Below are positions 9,738 through 19,906 of a stretch of DNA of 64,000 nucleotides, one piece after another. The translations under genes were made by a program, and so were the position numbers. A model generated the notes under the pieces. The model saw only the letters and a list, made by a program, of their open reading frames with translations. It had not been told where the DNA came from and did no database searches. How positions within the stretch are numbered: the stretch's first letter is position 1; every line of letters starts with the position of its first letter. Source of the DNA: Thermodesulfobacteriota bacterium (lineage in GTDB: Bacteria; Desulfobacterota_D; UBA1144; Nemesobacterales; Mycalebacteriaceae); contig OZ245366.1 in NCBI GenBank assembly GCA_965226585.1, positions 480,001-544,000 on the forward strand. The letters are read 5' to 3'.

Positions 9738-11534
9738 TCACTTTCCAGCCCCCAATTCCTTAAAAATCTTCCCGATTTCCCTGTCGCTTTTCTTTGCCTC
9801 TTTCTCAAGCATTGCCAGCTCCGCCCATATATCCGGTATTGAACGAAGAACCTCTTTCTCCGTTGTGTCTATGTAACGAGACGGCGAAAGGTTGTAGTCA
9901 TTCTCCGCCGCCTTTTTGACGGTTATGACAGTTGAAAAACGCTCTTCCTCTTTCCATTTGGAAAAGACGTTCTCAATCCGCTTTGAACCCTCATCCGTCA
10001 AATGGTTCTTCGGGCTGACCTTTTTGAACTCGTTGCTCGCGTTGATAAGAACGATTTTCCGCTTTCTCGCGGCACTTTTGTTTTTATTCATAATGATTAT
10101 GACACCCGCCGCCGCCGCATTGTAGAAAAGGTTGTCGGGAAGAAGGATTACGCCCTCAATCAAATCTTTATCAACAAACCATTTGCGTATTTTCTTTTCC
10201 TTGTCCTCTCCCGATGCCCCGCTTCCGCGTGTTACGGCTCCGGTGTCTATCACTACCGCCGCTCTCCCCCTGCTACTCATAGATTTTGCCGTGTGCTGAA
10301 GCCATGCCCAGTCCGCCTTTCCCGTTGTTGAACCGCCCTGCGACTCAAATCTGTCAAATTGGTCGTCTTCGTAAGTCCGGACATTAAACATCTGATTCCA
10401 CATCGGATTGGCGACAACAATGTCAAAAGTCTGAAGCCCCCCCGTTTTATTGCGAAACTTCGGGTTCGTCATTGAGTTGCCCCGCACAATCTCACAGTCC
10501 ATGTCGTGTATGATGGCATTCATTCGCGCCATCGCGTAGTTGTCCGGTCCAAGTTCCTGCCCGGACAGTTTTAAGGGGATTCCCTTTTTCACATCGGGAT
10601 AACGCTCGCGAAACGCAAGTTCGCACTTGATAAGCAGACCCGCAGACCCGCAAGCATAGTCATAAACGGTTTCGCCCTGAGTCGGCTTCATAATCCGCGC
10701 CATAAGCCACCCGACTTCCGTGGGCGTGAAAAACTCGCCCGCAGTCTTTCCCGAACCTTCCGCAAACTTTCTCAAAAGATATTCGTAACAACGTCCAATA
10801 AAATCCGGCTCCACATCGTGAAGACCAAGCCGGTATCTTGGCTTTGAAAACTTTTCTATTACTTCCTTGAGCGACTCGTCGCTTACCTCCCTCTCTCCGC
10901 CGGTTGTTTTGTTGTAGTCAACAAGATCTATGACACCGTTTAACAACGGATTTCTTCTGGCGACCGCGCGCATCGTTGTAGTTATCTGCTCTCCCAGAGT
11001 TTTCGGCTTCTTTCCTTTCCGCCAGTTGAAACTTTTTCTGCCGCTCAGAACTTCCCATCTGGTTTCCGGCGGCAGATAAAAGTGGATGTAACCCTCTCCC
11101 CCGCTGACCATCTCCTCCGCCTCTTCCATACTCCCGAGTTTTTCCGCAATGCGGTTCATTTCGTCTTCAAACACATCCGAGAGGCGTTTGAGGAAAACGA
11201 GCGGAAGGAGAAAGTTTTTGAACTGCGGCGCGTCTTTTTCACCCCTGATTGAACAGGCGGCGTCCCACAGCATCGTTTCCATCATCTTTCTGCTCAAAAC
11301 ATCTTGCCCGGTTTTGAGCCTGCGAACAGGCGATTCCGGGTCAGACTGTTCCGCTTTCTCCGCCATTGTCATTATTCTCTTGTGATACTTTTTGTGCGGA
11401 GACCGGCGTCCGTTTTCCCAGCCGTTCAGAGTGGAAAACGAAACGCCCAGCTTCGCGGCAAGGTTCTCCTGAGACAGATTCATCTTTTCTCTGATGCCCG
11501 CTATAATCTCTGATATGTTTTCTTTTTCCGCCAT
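9738..11534 (-). CDS. hsdM: Type I DNA methyltransferase subunit M with N-terminal XRE-family HTH fusion
   Basis: LWDAACSIRG, GEFFTP, YDYACGSAG (SAM binding), ANPMW catalytic motif, YNLSPSRY. First about 60 aa (IREKMNLSQENLAAKLGVSFSTLNGWENGRRSP) are an XRE HTH. Confidence 0.95.
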   Translation of the reverse strand: MAEKENISEIIAGIREKMNLSQENLAAKLGVSFSTLNGWENGRRSPHKKYHKRIMTMAEKAEQSDPESPVRRLKTGQDVLSRKMMETMLWDAACSIRGEKDAPQFKNFLLPLVFLKRLSDVFEDEMNRIAEKLGSMEEAEEMVSGGEGYIHFYLPPETRWEVLSGRKSFNWRKGKKPKTLGEQITTTMRAVARRNPLLNGVIDLVDYNKTTGGEREVSDESLKEVIEKFSKPRYRLGLHDVEPDFIGRCYEYLLRKFAEGSGKTAGEFFTPTEVGWLMARIMKPTQGETVYDYACGSAGLLIKCELAFRERYPDVKKGIPLKLSGQELGPDNYAMARMNAIIHDMDCEIVRGNSMTNPKFRNKTGGLQTFDIVVANPMWNQMFNVRTYEDDQFDRFESQGGSTTGKADWAWLQHTAKSMSSRGRAAVVIDTGAVTRGSGASGEDKEKKIRKWFVDKDLIEGVILLPDNLFYNAAAAGVIIIMNKNKSAARKRKIVLINASNEFKKVSPKNHLTDEGSKRIENVFSKWKEEERFSTVITVKKAAENDYNLSPSRYIDTTEKEVLRSIPDIWAELAMLEKEAKKSDREIGKIFKELGAGK

Positions 11535-11552
11535 TTTAATTTGCCCGCATAC

Positions 11553-11580
11553 AAAATAAACGCTATAGCGTTTATGTCAA
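11553..11580 (-). promoter_or_regulatory. hsdM promoter with perfect 20-bp palindromic operator
   Basis: TTGACA-N16-TATTTT on the minus strand; ATAAACGCTATAGCGTTTAT (11556-11575) is a perfect palindrome filling the spacer. Confidence 0.75.
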
Positions 11581-13059
11581 GTTAGACCTGTCTTCAGTTA
11601 AGTTTTTTACGAGAGATTCTCTGAAATCGTTGCTGTTCAGAACCTTTCCCCATTCAAAGCAGAACAGGCTTGTGGGCAAAAACATGACTAATCTGTTTCT
11701 TACGGATTTGTGCCCAAACTTGCTTTTTGTCAGGCACGTTATGCCCCCGTTTTCGTTTCCAATATCGTGCTTTTGTGCAAAATCAAGAAGCCCCTCAATT
11801 TCCGACAAGTTGTCATAGGGTTTATCCGACCATTTGATTTCAATCGCGGATTCAACTTTTGTTCCGGTTTCATCCGGCAATACCAAATCCACCTCCTTAC
11901 TGTTCCAGCGCGCGTAGTAGAGAGCTTCCGGCTTTTTTATCAAGTGAAACAGATGGCTGAACACCGCCGTCTCCACGAGTCTCCCAAGAACCGTGCCATC
12001 GCTGTCCTGCTCTCCCACAGTTCCGAAAAGCGCCGCATACATTGAGGGGTTTGTCAGATAGATCTTGAAAGTGTGGTCTCTTTGAAATCTTTTTATGTTC
12101 CTGTCCACCCTGCGGACGCGCCTAATAAGGAAAGCCGCCTCAAGGTATTCCAGATACTTTGAGATTGTGCTTTTGGTAACACTTGAGCCTTGCGAGAGTT
12201 TGGACAGATTAATTTCAAGCCCCGTATTATGGGCAACAGTCATGAAAAGGCGGTTGAGTTCGGGGATGTCCGTTATCCCGTATAAACTCGGCAAGTCTCT
12301 GAGGAGCACCTTGTCTATGATGTCGCTTCTGATAAAACGCCCCGGATCTTTTTTAATTTCCTCGGAAAACACGGCTTCGGGGTATCCTCCAAAATTCAGG
12401 TATTCGATGAAGTGTTTGTTGATTTCACCGATATTTTCCACTGCTTTGCCGGCATTCATAAACACTCCGCCGCTTTGGTCAAATATCTTTGACTCTTCAT
12501 CCGCAAACTTCATGTACTCCTGAAAAGTCATAGGCGGAAGAATAAAGTCCGTGAACCTTCCCGCGCCGGACTCGGTGCTTTTCAGTTTTAGTGCCGCCGC
12601 TGAAGATCCGGTAGCGATAAAGCGGTGCTGAGGGTAGGAATCAACAAGTGATTTCAGATGTATTTCCCAGTTTTTGAGATATTGAATCTCATCAAAAAAG
12701 ATATAGGCGGAACTGTCCTGCGGGACTTTCTGCAGTTCAAGAAATGTCAGAAGAACTTTTTCAAGGTGCAGCCCGGCGTAAACGGGGTTGTCCAGAGGGA
12801 TGTAGAGAATGTTTGCCGGACTGGTGTTTTCCTCTATCAGTTTGGCAATTGACTGATGCGCCATTACAGTTTTGCCGACCCTGCGCGGTCCCATGAGGAC
12901 AATGGCGCGATTTATTCCGGTTTTGCACACCAACTCATAGAACGGGTCGAAGTAGACCCTTTTGGGTTCATCCTTCCACCTCACATTCTCAGGCTGTGTC
13001 CACCACGGATTGTCAGCTTCAAGACGTTGGCGGATTTCTTTTTCCGATATCTCAAGCAT
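11572..13059 (-). CDS. AAA_14-type ATPase with DUF4143-like C-terminus
   Basis: GPRRVGKT Walker A, FFDEIQ Walker B, ATGSS, GAGRF, GGYPE, wHTH-like segment, EVDLV...IEIKW nuclease-like tail. Confidence 0.9.
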   Translation of the reverse strand: MLEISEKEIRQRLEADNPWWTQPENVRWKDEPKRVYFDPFYELVCKTGINRAIVLMGPRRVGKTVMAHQSIAKLIEENTSPANILYIPLDNPVYAGLHLEKVLLTFLELQKVPQDSSAYIFFDEIQYLKNWEIHLKSLVDSYPQHRFIATGSSAAALKLKSTESGAGRFTDFILPPMTFQEYMKFADEESKIFDQSGGVFMNAGKAVENIGEINKHFIEYLNFGGYPEAVFSEEIKKDPGRFIRSDIIDKVLLRDLPSLYGITDIPELNRLFMTVAHNTGLEINLSKLSQGSSVTKSTISKYLEYLEAAFLIRRVRRVDRNIKRFQRDHTFKIYLTNPSMYAALFGTVGEQDSDGTVLGRLVETAVFSHLFHLIKKPEALYYARWNSKEVDLVLPDETGTKVESAIEIKWSDKPYDNLSEIEGLLDFAQKHDIGNENGGITCLTKSKFGHKSVRNRLVMFLPTSLFCFEWGKVLNSNDFRESLVKNLTEDRSNLT

Positions 13060-13068
13060 CGCAACGGG

Positions 13069-13096
13069 AGTATAGTGAAAATGCCTAAAATGTCAA
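13069..13096 (-). promoter_or_regulatory. Sigma70 promoter of the AAA ATPase gene (near-leaderless)
   Basis: TTGACA-N16-TATACT, with the ATG 9 nt after the -10 and no RBS. Confidence 0.7.
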
Positions 13097-13273
13097 ATAA
13101 GAACAATCAATTAGTCTTATTTGCCTTTTTGCTGTTTCGGTCAATAAAATCAGTATGATGAACAATGCAAATAGTGTAATGCAAAATAAGAACAGTTGAT
13201 TAGTCTTAATGCATAGATACGCAATAAAGGTTGTGATACCAGTAAGTTATGTAATGCAAATAGTGTAATGCAA
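13094..13273. repeat. Cluster of inverted and direct repeats at the island edge
   Basis: CAAATAAGA-N12-TCTTATTTG (13094-13123) with a degenerate copy at 13184-13211; exact 21-bp direct repeat AATGCAAATAGTGTAATGCAA at 13164 and 13253. Confidence 0.8.
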
Positions 13274-13407
13274 TGCAAGACGCATAGGTTAACAGTCCGG
13301 TAATGCAATCCGCACAAAACCGGCGCGATGCCGTCTATTTCCGTTTGTTACTTTTTGACCTCAACCTCCGTTTAATTTACACTTTCCGCCGTTTCAGGGG
13401 CGGAACT

Positions 13408-15318
13408 ATGAACGGAGAAAAAATCTGCAACGTTATTGTGATAGGCGGCGGGCACGCGGGCTGTGAAGCCGCGCTTGCGGCGGCGCGCATGGGGCGCAAA
13501 ACACTTCTGCTTACGGCAAATATAGACACAATCGGCGTTATGTCATGCAACCCGTCCATCGGCGGGGTTGGCAAAGGGCATATCGTGAGAGAGATAGACG
13601 CCCTCGGCGGCGAGATGGCTAAAGCCGCAGACGCAAGCGCGATTCAATACAGAACACTCAACACACGCAAAGGCGCGGCGGTGCGCGCCACCCGCTCTCA
13701 GGCGGACAGACAGGTGTACAGAGCGCATATGCGCCGGGTTCTTGAAGAGTGCGAAAATCTTGACATAAAACAGAGAATGGTGGACGGATTTCTTGTTTCC
13801 GGGGATGAGGTGAAGGGCGTGAAAACAAGCCTCGGAGAAACCTTTTTCTCTGACTCCGTTGTCGTTACGCCGGGAACTTTTCCGAACGGGCTTATACACG
13901 TTGGAGACGAACGCTACTCTTCGGGACGCGCCGGGGAAAAAGCGGCGATGGAGATAACCGGCTCATTCAAAGACCTGGGGCTTGAAGTGGGCAGACTCAA
14001 AACCGGAACGCCGCCCCGCTTTGACGGCAGAACAATACGCTGGGACGCCCTTACAGAGCAGAAAGGCGATGAAAATCCAAGACCGTTTTCTTTCTCAAAC
14101 ACCCGGACAGGCATCAGCCAGATGTCGTGCTACATCACGCACACAAACGGGAAAACGCACGAAGTTATCAGAAAAAACCTTTCCCGCTCGCCCCTCTATT
14201 CTGGCGTGATAAGCGGCGTGGGTCCGCGCTACTGCCCGTCCGTTGAAGATAAAATTGTGAAGTTTCCCGACAAAGACCGCCACCAGATATTTCTTGAGCC
14301 GGAGGGCAGAAACACCTACGAAGTCTATCCAAACGGCATATCAACCAGCCTTCCGCTTGACGTGCAGACGGAGATGTCCAGAACGATAGAAGGGCTTGAA
14401 CAGGTTGAAATAATGCGCCCCGGATACGCGGTGGAATACGATTTTATAAACCCGACACAACTGAACTCGGCGCTTGAATGCAAACGCGCGCGAGGGCTTT
14501 TCTTTGCCGGGCAGGTGAACGGAACAACCGGATACGAGGAAGCCGCCGGGCAGGGGATTGTGGCGGGAATAAACGCCGCTCTGCACTCGCGCGGCGACAG
14601 CCCCTTTGTGCTTGACCGCTCAGACGCCTACATCGGAATCATGATAGACGACCTTGTTACAAAGGGCGTTGACGAGCCATACAGGATGTTCACTTCAAGG
14701 GCGGAATACCGCCTTGTTCTGCGCGAAGACAACGCAGACATCAGACTTATGGAAAAAGGACACCGCGCGGGGCTCATAAGCGATGAACGCTACGAGCGGC
14801 TTGTCATCAAAAAACACGCGCTCAAGAGTGAAGTGGAAAGACTTGAACAGACCCGCTGTGTTCCCGGAAGCCCGGCGGATTTGCAACTGAAACAGATGGG
14901 CTCATCGGCGCTGAAAAAACCGCAGTCGCTCGCAGAGATTCTCAGAAGACCCGCAATCACTTACTCTGAACTCGCCCTTTTTGACACCGTGTCCGCCGAA
15001 CTCGCCGGTTCAGACACCGCCGCGCAGGCGGAGATGCAGGTTAAATACGCGGGCTATGTGAAGATGCAGACGGAACAACTCGGCAGGTTCAAACGGTTTG
15101 AACGCATGTCCATACCGGAAACCTTTGACTACGCCAAAGTGTCCGGGCTTTCCAAAGAGATAGTTCAGAAACTTTCAAGCGCGAGGCCGCGCTCTCTCGG
15201 GCAGGCGGGGCGAATATCAGGCGTTACGCCCGCCGCCGTTTCGGTTCTTATGCTGCACCTGAGGAAAAATCCCGCAAGGGAAGGTCAGTCAACCATCTCG
15301 ACATCTTCTTCCTCGTAG
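13408..15318 (+). CDS. mnmG: tRNA uridine-5-carboxymethylaminomethyl(34) synthesis enzyme
   Basis: VIGGGHAGCEAA, MSCNPSIGG, RLKTGTPPR, GPRYCPSVEDK, GQVNGTTGYEEAA, EPYRMFTSRAE. Start at ATG 13408. Confidence 0.97.
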   Translation: MNGEKICNVIVIGGGHAGCEAALAAARMGRKTLLLTANIDTIGVMSCNPSIGGVGKGHIVREIDALGGEMAKAADASAIQYRTLNTRKGAAVRATRSQADRQVYRAHMRRVLEECENLDIKQRMVDGFLVSGDEVKGVKTSLGETFFSDSVVVTPGTFPNGLIHVGDERYSSGRAGEKAAMEITGSFKDLGLEVGRLKTGTPPRFDGRTIRWDALTEQKGDENPRPFSFSNTRTGISQMSCYITHTNGKTHEVIRKNLSRSPLYSGVISGVGPRYCPSVEDKIVKFPDKDRHQIFLEPEGRNTYEVYPNGISTSLPLDVQTEMSRTIEGLEQVEIMRPGYAVEYDFINPTQLNSALECKRARGLFFAGQVNGTTGYEEAAGQGIVAGINAALHSRGDSPFVLDRSDAYIGIMIDDLVTKGVDEPYRMFTSRAEYRLVLREDNADIRLMEKGHRAGLISDERYERLVIKKHALKSEVERLEQTRCVPGSPADLQLKQMGSSALKKPQSLAEILRRPAITYSELALFDTVSAELAGSDTAAQAEMQVKYAGYVKMQTEQLGRFKRFERMSIPETFDYAKVSGLSKEIVQKLSSARPRSLGQAGRISGVTPAAVSVLMLHLRKNPAREGQSTISTSSSS

Positions 15319-15455
15319 AATTCTCCCAGTTCGTTCAATTCCACGTCGCCGACATCCATTTCTTCAGGGTCGTCGTTTCCCGCGTAAACCTGCTCATCAG
15401 GGTCCTCAATCATATTGACGAGGTCTCTGATTCTTTCGTCTCTTGAAGTAGCCAC
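15285..15455 (-). CDS. Small highly acidic hypothetical protein (56 aa)
   Basis: GTG start 7 nt after GGGGG; MATSRDERIRDLVNMIEDPDEQVYAGNDDPEEMDVGDVELNELGEFYEEEDVEMVD; below the ORF-track cutoff. Confidence 0.65.
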   Translation of the reverse strand: MATSRDERIRDLVNMIEDPDEQVYAGNDDPEEMDVGDVELNELGEFYEEEDVEMVD

Positions 15456-15542
15456 CTCAACACCCCCTGTGTTGTGATTTAACGGACAGAGCCCGTTTCC
15501 GCCCCCATAATATTGACGGACGGGGAAAAATCAACCCTTTTT

Positions 15543-17612
15543 TTAGTCCGCAATTGAAGCGGCAAAATCGTCCGCGCCGGAAGGAAGTCCGCACGTCCCG
15601 TCTTCGCACACATAGACAAGCGTTTTCCCGTTTCCGCCCGCAGAGCATCCGGCGGCAAAAGGGGCTATGTTGCCGGTCTCAGAGCAGTCCGGTTTTTTGA
15701 GCAGAACTGTTGCCCCCGGCTCGTAGTTTTTCGCGAGCGCGTCCGTAACTTTTTCCGCCCCGTCCGTGCCTTCGGCGATAACAACCTCAAATGTTTTTCC
15801 CGCGGCAAACTCAAGCGCGCAGAGAAGCATTCCGTGTGAAGACGGCAGTTTTTCAACCGACAGCGAAAGAGAGCGGGCAATTTTAGCGGCGTCCTCATCG
15901 TACCGGTGGTTTCCCGTCAGGCGGGATATTTTCATCAGGTTGAGAGCCGCAACCGAGTTTCCGCACGGAAGCGCGCCGTCATGAAACTCCTTTTTCCTCA
16001 CTATCAGACTTTCCGCCCCCGACGGGGTGAAGAAAAAACCGCCTTTTTCCTCATCAGAAAAAAGTTCAATCATCTTGTCGTTCAGCCTCATCGCGGTTTT
16101 AAGGCGCGAGATGTCAAACCCCGCTTCGTAAAGCTCAAGCAGTCCCCAGACCATAAACGCATAGTCGTCCAAGTTTCCCCTGATGGCGGCGTCTCCGTCT
16201 CTGAATCTGTGCAGAAGTTCATTGCCGTCAAACATATTTGCGAGAATGAAATCCGCCGCAGTTTCCGCCGCTTCAACATATTCTTTCCGCCCGAAAGCTC
16301 GTCCCGCTTTTGAGAACGCCGCTATCATCAAGCCGTTCCAGTCGGTCAGAATTTTGTCGTCTTTGTGCGGACGCGGGCGTTTTTCTCTGCGTTCAAACAG
16401 CTTTTTCACCGCAGATTCAGTAAGCCGCTCCGCTTCGGTTTTGTCTGTGCCCGCAGTTTCCGCCGCAAAGGAAAGCGGTTTTGTTCTGTGCGGGATGTTG
16501 GTTCCGGGCATTTTTCCGGTCGCCTCGTCAACAAAGTTCCCGCCGCTTTTTATGGTAAAAACCTCCGCCGCAATGCGGGCTTCATCCGCTCCCGCCGTCT
16601 CTCTGAATTCCTCTTCGCTCCATAGGTAGAACTTTCCCTCCTCGCCCTCGCTGTCCGCGTCTTCTGCGGAGAAGAACGCGCCGCCTGAAGCGGTCATGTC
16701 TCTCATGACGTATTCAAGCGTTTTTTCCGCGCCGTTTTTATAGGCGGGGTTTGAGGTGGCAAGCCACGCCTCGGTCAGGGCGGCGCAGATAAGCGCCTGA
16801 TCGTGGAGCATTTTTTCAAAGTGCGGCACAAGCCACCGGCGGTCGGTTGAATACCTGTGAAATCCGCCCCCGATGTGGTCGTTTATTCCGCCGTCAAGCA
16901 TGGAGCCGAGCGTTTTTTCAGCAACTTCAAGGGATTTGGCATCTCCGGTTCTTTTCCAGTGGCGAAGCAGGAATATCAGGTTTTGCGGAGAGGGGAATTT
17001 AGGCGCGTCTCCGAAGCCCCCGAAAACGGGGTCAAAAGCCGCCGCCAGAGTTTCCGCGCCGTTTTTCAGCAGATCCTCATTGCCCATGCGCCCCTCAGAC
17101 TGCATCACCGCTTGAGAGTCTCTGATGGCAATCTCAATGTCTCCGGCGGATTTTTCTATGTCTGCGCGCCGGGAACTCCACACCTCTTTTATCTGCGGTA
17201 TCAGTTCAACCATTCCGGCTCTGCCGTATCTGTTGTGTTTCGGTATGTAGGTTGCCGCGAAAAACGGTTTTTTGCCGGGCGTCATAACAACATTCAGGGG
17301 CCATCCGCAGTTTCCTCTTGAAACTATCTGGCACACGCTCATCAGAACCCCGTCAATGTCCGGACGCTCTTCGCGGTCAACCTTGATGGAGATGAAAACA
17401 TCGTTCATCAACTCCGCCACTTCCGGGTCTTCAAAAGACTCCTTTTCCATCACGTGGCACCAGTGGCAGGTTGAGTATCCGACTGAAACGAGAACGGGCT
17501 TGTCTTCGCGCGCGGCGGTTTCAAACGCCTCTCCGCACCAGGGGTACCAGTTCACCGGGTTGCCCGCATGCTGGAGAAGATAAGGGCTTTTTTCTTTTGA
17601 AAGTCTGTTCAT
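15543..17612 (-). CDS. Thioredoxin-domain protein (YyaL/SSP411, DUF255 family)
   Basis: [45 protein letters not shown]. Confidence 0.93.
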   Translation of the reverse strand: MNRLSKEKSPYLLQHAGNPVNWYPWCGEAFETAAREDKPVLVSVGYSTCHWCHVMEKESFEDPEVAELMNDVFISIKVDREERPDIDGVLMSVCQIVSRGNCGWPLNVVMTPGKKPFFAATYIPKHNRYGRAGMVELIPQIKEVWSSRRADIEKSAGDIEIAIRDSQAVMQSEGRMGNEDLLKNGAETLAAAFDPVFGGFGDAPKFPSPQNLIFLLRHWKRTGDAKSLEVAEKTLGSMLDGGINDHIGGGFHRYSTDRRWLVPHFEKMLHDQALICAALTEAWLATSNPAYKNGAEKTLEYVMRDMTASGGAFFSAEDADSEGEEGKFYLWSEEEFRETAGADEARIAAEVFTIKSGGNFVDEATGKMPGTNIPHRTKPLSFAAETAGTDKTEAERLTESAVKKLFERREKRPRPHKDDKILTDWNGLMIAAFSKAGRAFGRKEYVEAAETAADFILANMFDGNELLHRFRDGDAAIRGNLDDYAFMVWGLLELYEAGFDISRLKTAMRLNDKMIELFSDEEKGGFFFTPSGAESLIVRKKEFHDGALPCGNSVAALNLMKISRLTGNHRYDEDAAKIARSLSLSVEKLPSSHGMLLCALEFAAGKTFEVVIAEGTDGAEKVTDALAKNYEPGATVLLKKPDCSETGNIAPFAAGCSAGGNGKTLVYVCEDGTCGLPSGADDFAASIAD

Positions 17613-17717
17613 CGGCTTGTCTGAAACCGCAAAGAAAATACCCGTCCGCGCCGCGCCGTTCCATTATTTTTATGCAATATGTGTCCGGACGGTTTATATT
17701 GAAGGCGGGATTTTGCC

Positions 17718-18101
17718 GTGAAGTTGTATCACAAAGCCGGAGTGGTTGTCCGCAGAAGCGGAGATGACGGGGACGAGATTCTTCTCGTCAGCGCGCGCCG
17801 TCATGCCGGTTCGTGGGTTTTTCCCGCCGGAACGGTTGAAGAGGGAGAAGCCGCCGCGCAAGCCGCCGCGCGCGAGTGCGAGGAGGAAAGCGGATACACC
17901 GTCCGCACGGGGGAGGAGATAGGCGCGGTTACCGTTACGGGAGACGGCTGGACAAAAGAGTTTATTTTTTTCTCAGCCGCCGTTACGGGCGAGGTGGAGA
18001 GAAAGGAGAGCGACAGGGAACGCAAGTGGGTGCGGGTTTCCCGTCTTGAAGACGAGGTTGCCGATGTTTTCGCCCCCATAGCGAAACTTGTGAAAAAATA
18101 G
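17718..18101 (+). CDS. NUDIX hydrolase
   Basis: Nudix box GTVEEGEAAAQAAARECEEESG. Confidence 0.9.
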   Translation: MKLYHKAGVVVRRSGDDGDEILLVSARRHAGSWVFPAGTVEEGEAAAQAAARECEEESGYTVRTGEEIGAVTVTGDGWTKEFIFFSAAVTGEVERKESDRERKWVRVSRLEDEVADVFAPIAKLVKK

Positions 18102-18158
18102 CCGTTTTACGGTCTGCTCCCGTTCTGTTAGAATTGGCGCGAAATACGGACTGCCGCA

Positions 18159-18926
18159 ATGGAAAACTACTACGAAAAACTGGCGGGAAGATACAGAACC
18201 CTCCGCATGACGGACAACGAGCCGGTGGACTTTGCCTGCAAACTGCTTTCGTCATTAAAAGAAGGGCGCGTTGAGGTTGCCGACATGGGCTGCGGCGCAG
18301 GAAGATACGCCAAACTGTTTCTGGAAAATCTCGGAGACAACCTTTTTCTCCACTGCTTTGACACAAACGAAGTTATGCTCAACCAGCTTGAGAAATATCT
18401 CTCAGGCGAGGGCATAAAAAACTTTTCCGCCAAAGTGGCGGACGCAAGAGAAGTTCCTCTCACCGAAAACACGCTTGATGCGGTGGTGTGCTTCAACTCC
18501 GTTCACCACATCGGGATTGTCGGTTTGCTGCAGGAGATTTCAAGGATATTGAAACCCGGCGGTCTGTTTTTTATCTACACAAGGTCGAGAGCCCAAAACG
18601 CGCGAACCGTGTGGGGGCGGTATTTTCCGCTTTTCCAGCGCAAAGAGTCGCGCCTTTACGATCCGGAAGAGTTTGAGTTCAAGATTGAAAAATTTCCCGA
18701 GTTTGAAATTGAAGCCGCAAAAACCTTCACCTACGAGCGCGTAACTTCAAAGAAAGACCTTGAAGAAAAGGCGTCCGCGAAGGCATATTCGCCTTTTCAT
18801 TTCTACGGGCCCGAAGAGTTTGACAGGGCGTTTGACGAGTTCAAAAGGAAACTGGAAGAGCAGTTTGAAGGCGATGTGGAGTGGGAGGACGAGAAGATAA
18901 TGTACGTCCTCAAAAAACGCGCCTGA
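18159..18926 (+). CDS. Class I SAM-dependent methyltransferase
   Basis: VADMGCGAG motif I, DAREVP, LDAVVC, RILKPGG. Confidence 0.88.
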   Translation: MENYYEKLAGRYRTLRMTDNEPVDFACKLLSSLKEGRVEVADMGCGAGRYAKLFLENLGDNLFLHCFDTNEVMLNQLEKYLSGEGIKNFSAKVADAREVPLTENTLDAVVCFNSVHHIGIVGLLQEISRILKPGGLFFIYTRSRAQNARTVWGRYFPLFQRKESRLYDPEEFEFKIEKFPEFEIEAAKTFTYERVTSKKDLEEKASAKAYSPFHFYGPEEFDRAFDEFKRKLEEQFEGDVEWEDEKIMYVLKKRA

Positions 18927-18941
18927 TATCAAAAAGCGGCT

Positions 18942-19850
18942 TCAACTGAGACAGTCTTTTATCTCGCGTGCGAGGTTTTCCACCACTTCAAAATAGAGGT
19001 CTTCACCCGGAGTGATGCCTGAGCCCAGAGGGTCTATAACTCCGATTTTCGCGTCTGTTCCCTCAACCACCGTTTTCATGATTTTTCTGCTGAACTGCGG
19101 CTCGCCGAAAACGCAGACGGCTCCGGACTTGCGTATTTTTTTGCGTATGCGGGTTATCTCCGCCGCAGACGGAGGGGAATCCGGGTTGAAGGTTATGGAG
19201 CCCACCGGTTTCAGCCCGTACAGTTTTTCAAAATAGATGTAGGCATCGTGAAAAACCACGTACGGAATGCCTTTCACTCCGGCGAGTTCTTTGCGTATTT
19301 TCGCGTCCAGTTTTTTCAGCCGCGCGATAAGAGCCCGCGCGTTTTTTTTGTATCTGCTTCTCTCGCCCGGATTTGCCTTAGACATTTCCCGCGTAATTAT
19401 CTTCACGATTTTCTCCGCCATTGGAGGCGACAGCCAGATGTGCAAGTTGTGATTTCCGTGGTCGTGCCCGTCAGACTCCCATTCTCCGCTTTTTCTGACT
19501 TTCATAAGCGACAATCCGGAGTTATCCGCCACCGCCACCGTGCGAACGCCTGAGGGAACGGAGCGCAGGGCGTTGTTGAGAAACCCCTCAAGACCGCCGC
19601 TAATATAGAAAACCGCTTTCGCGTTTCTTATGCTTCTCACGTGCGACGGGCTGAGACTGAATCCGTGAGGCGAAATGCCTGACTTCACTATCAAATCCGT
19701 TTTTTCCGCGCCCTTTACAACTCCCGACACAAGAGCGTGAAGCGGCGCGATGCTTGCCGCTACCCTGCCCGAATCCTTCGCATTTACACCGCCTGAAAAC
19801 ACGGCAAACATCACGCCCGCAAGAACAAAAACACTTGCAAATCTTTTCAT
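18942..19850 (-). CDS. znuA: Zinc ABC transporter substrate-binding protein
   Basis: Signal peptide, SIAPL, SPHGF, HIWLSP, FHDAYIYFE, CVFGEPQF, DPLG. Confidence 0.92.
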   Translation of the reverse strand: MKRFASVFVLAGVMFAVFSGGVNAKDSGRVAASIAPLHALVSGVVKGAEKTDLIVKSGISPHGFSLSPSHVRSIRNAKAVFYISGGLEGFLNNALRSVPSGVRTVAVADNSGLSLMKVRKSGEWESDGHDHGNHNLHIWLSPPMAEKIVKIITREMSKANPGERSRYKKNARALIARLKKLDAKIRKELAGVKGIPYVVFHDAYIYFEKLYGLKPVGSITFNPDSPPSAAEITRIRKKIRKSGAVCVFGEPQFSRKIMKTVVEGTDAKIGVIDPLGSGITPGEDLYFEVVENLAREIKDCLS

Positions 19851-19878
19851 GTGCAACCCACCTCTTTTGACACAATAT

Positions 19879-19900
19879 GCGTTATGTTATAACATAACGC
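19879..19900. promoter_or_regulatory. Zur box
   Basis: Perfect 22-bp palindrome GCGTTATGTTATAACATAACGC between divergent znuA and zur; contains the TGTTATA core typical of proteobacterial Zur operators. Confidence 0.88.
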
Positions 19901-19906
19901 TTGATT

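Noticed and set aside
13094..13290. Possible CRISPR mini-array
   Set aside because: Only two copies of each repeat, interleaved, with no repeat-spacer periodicity and no cas genes.
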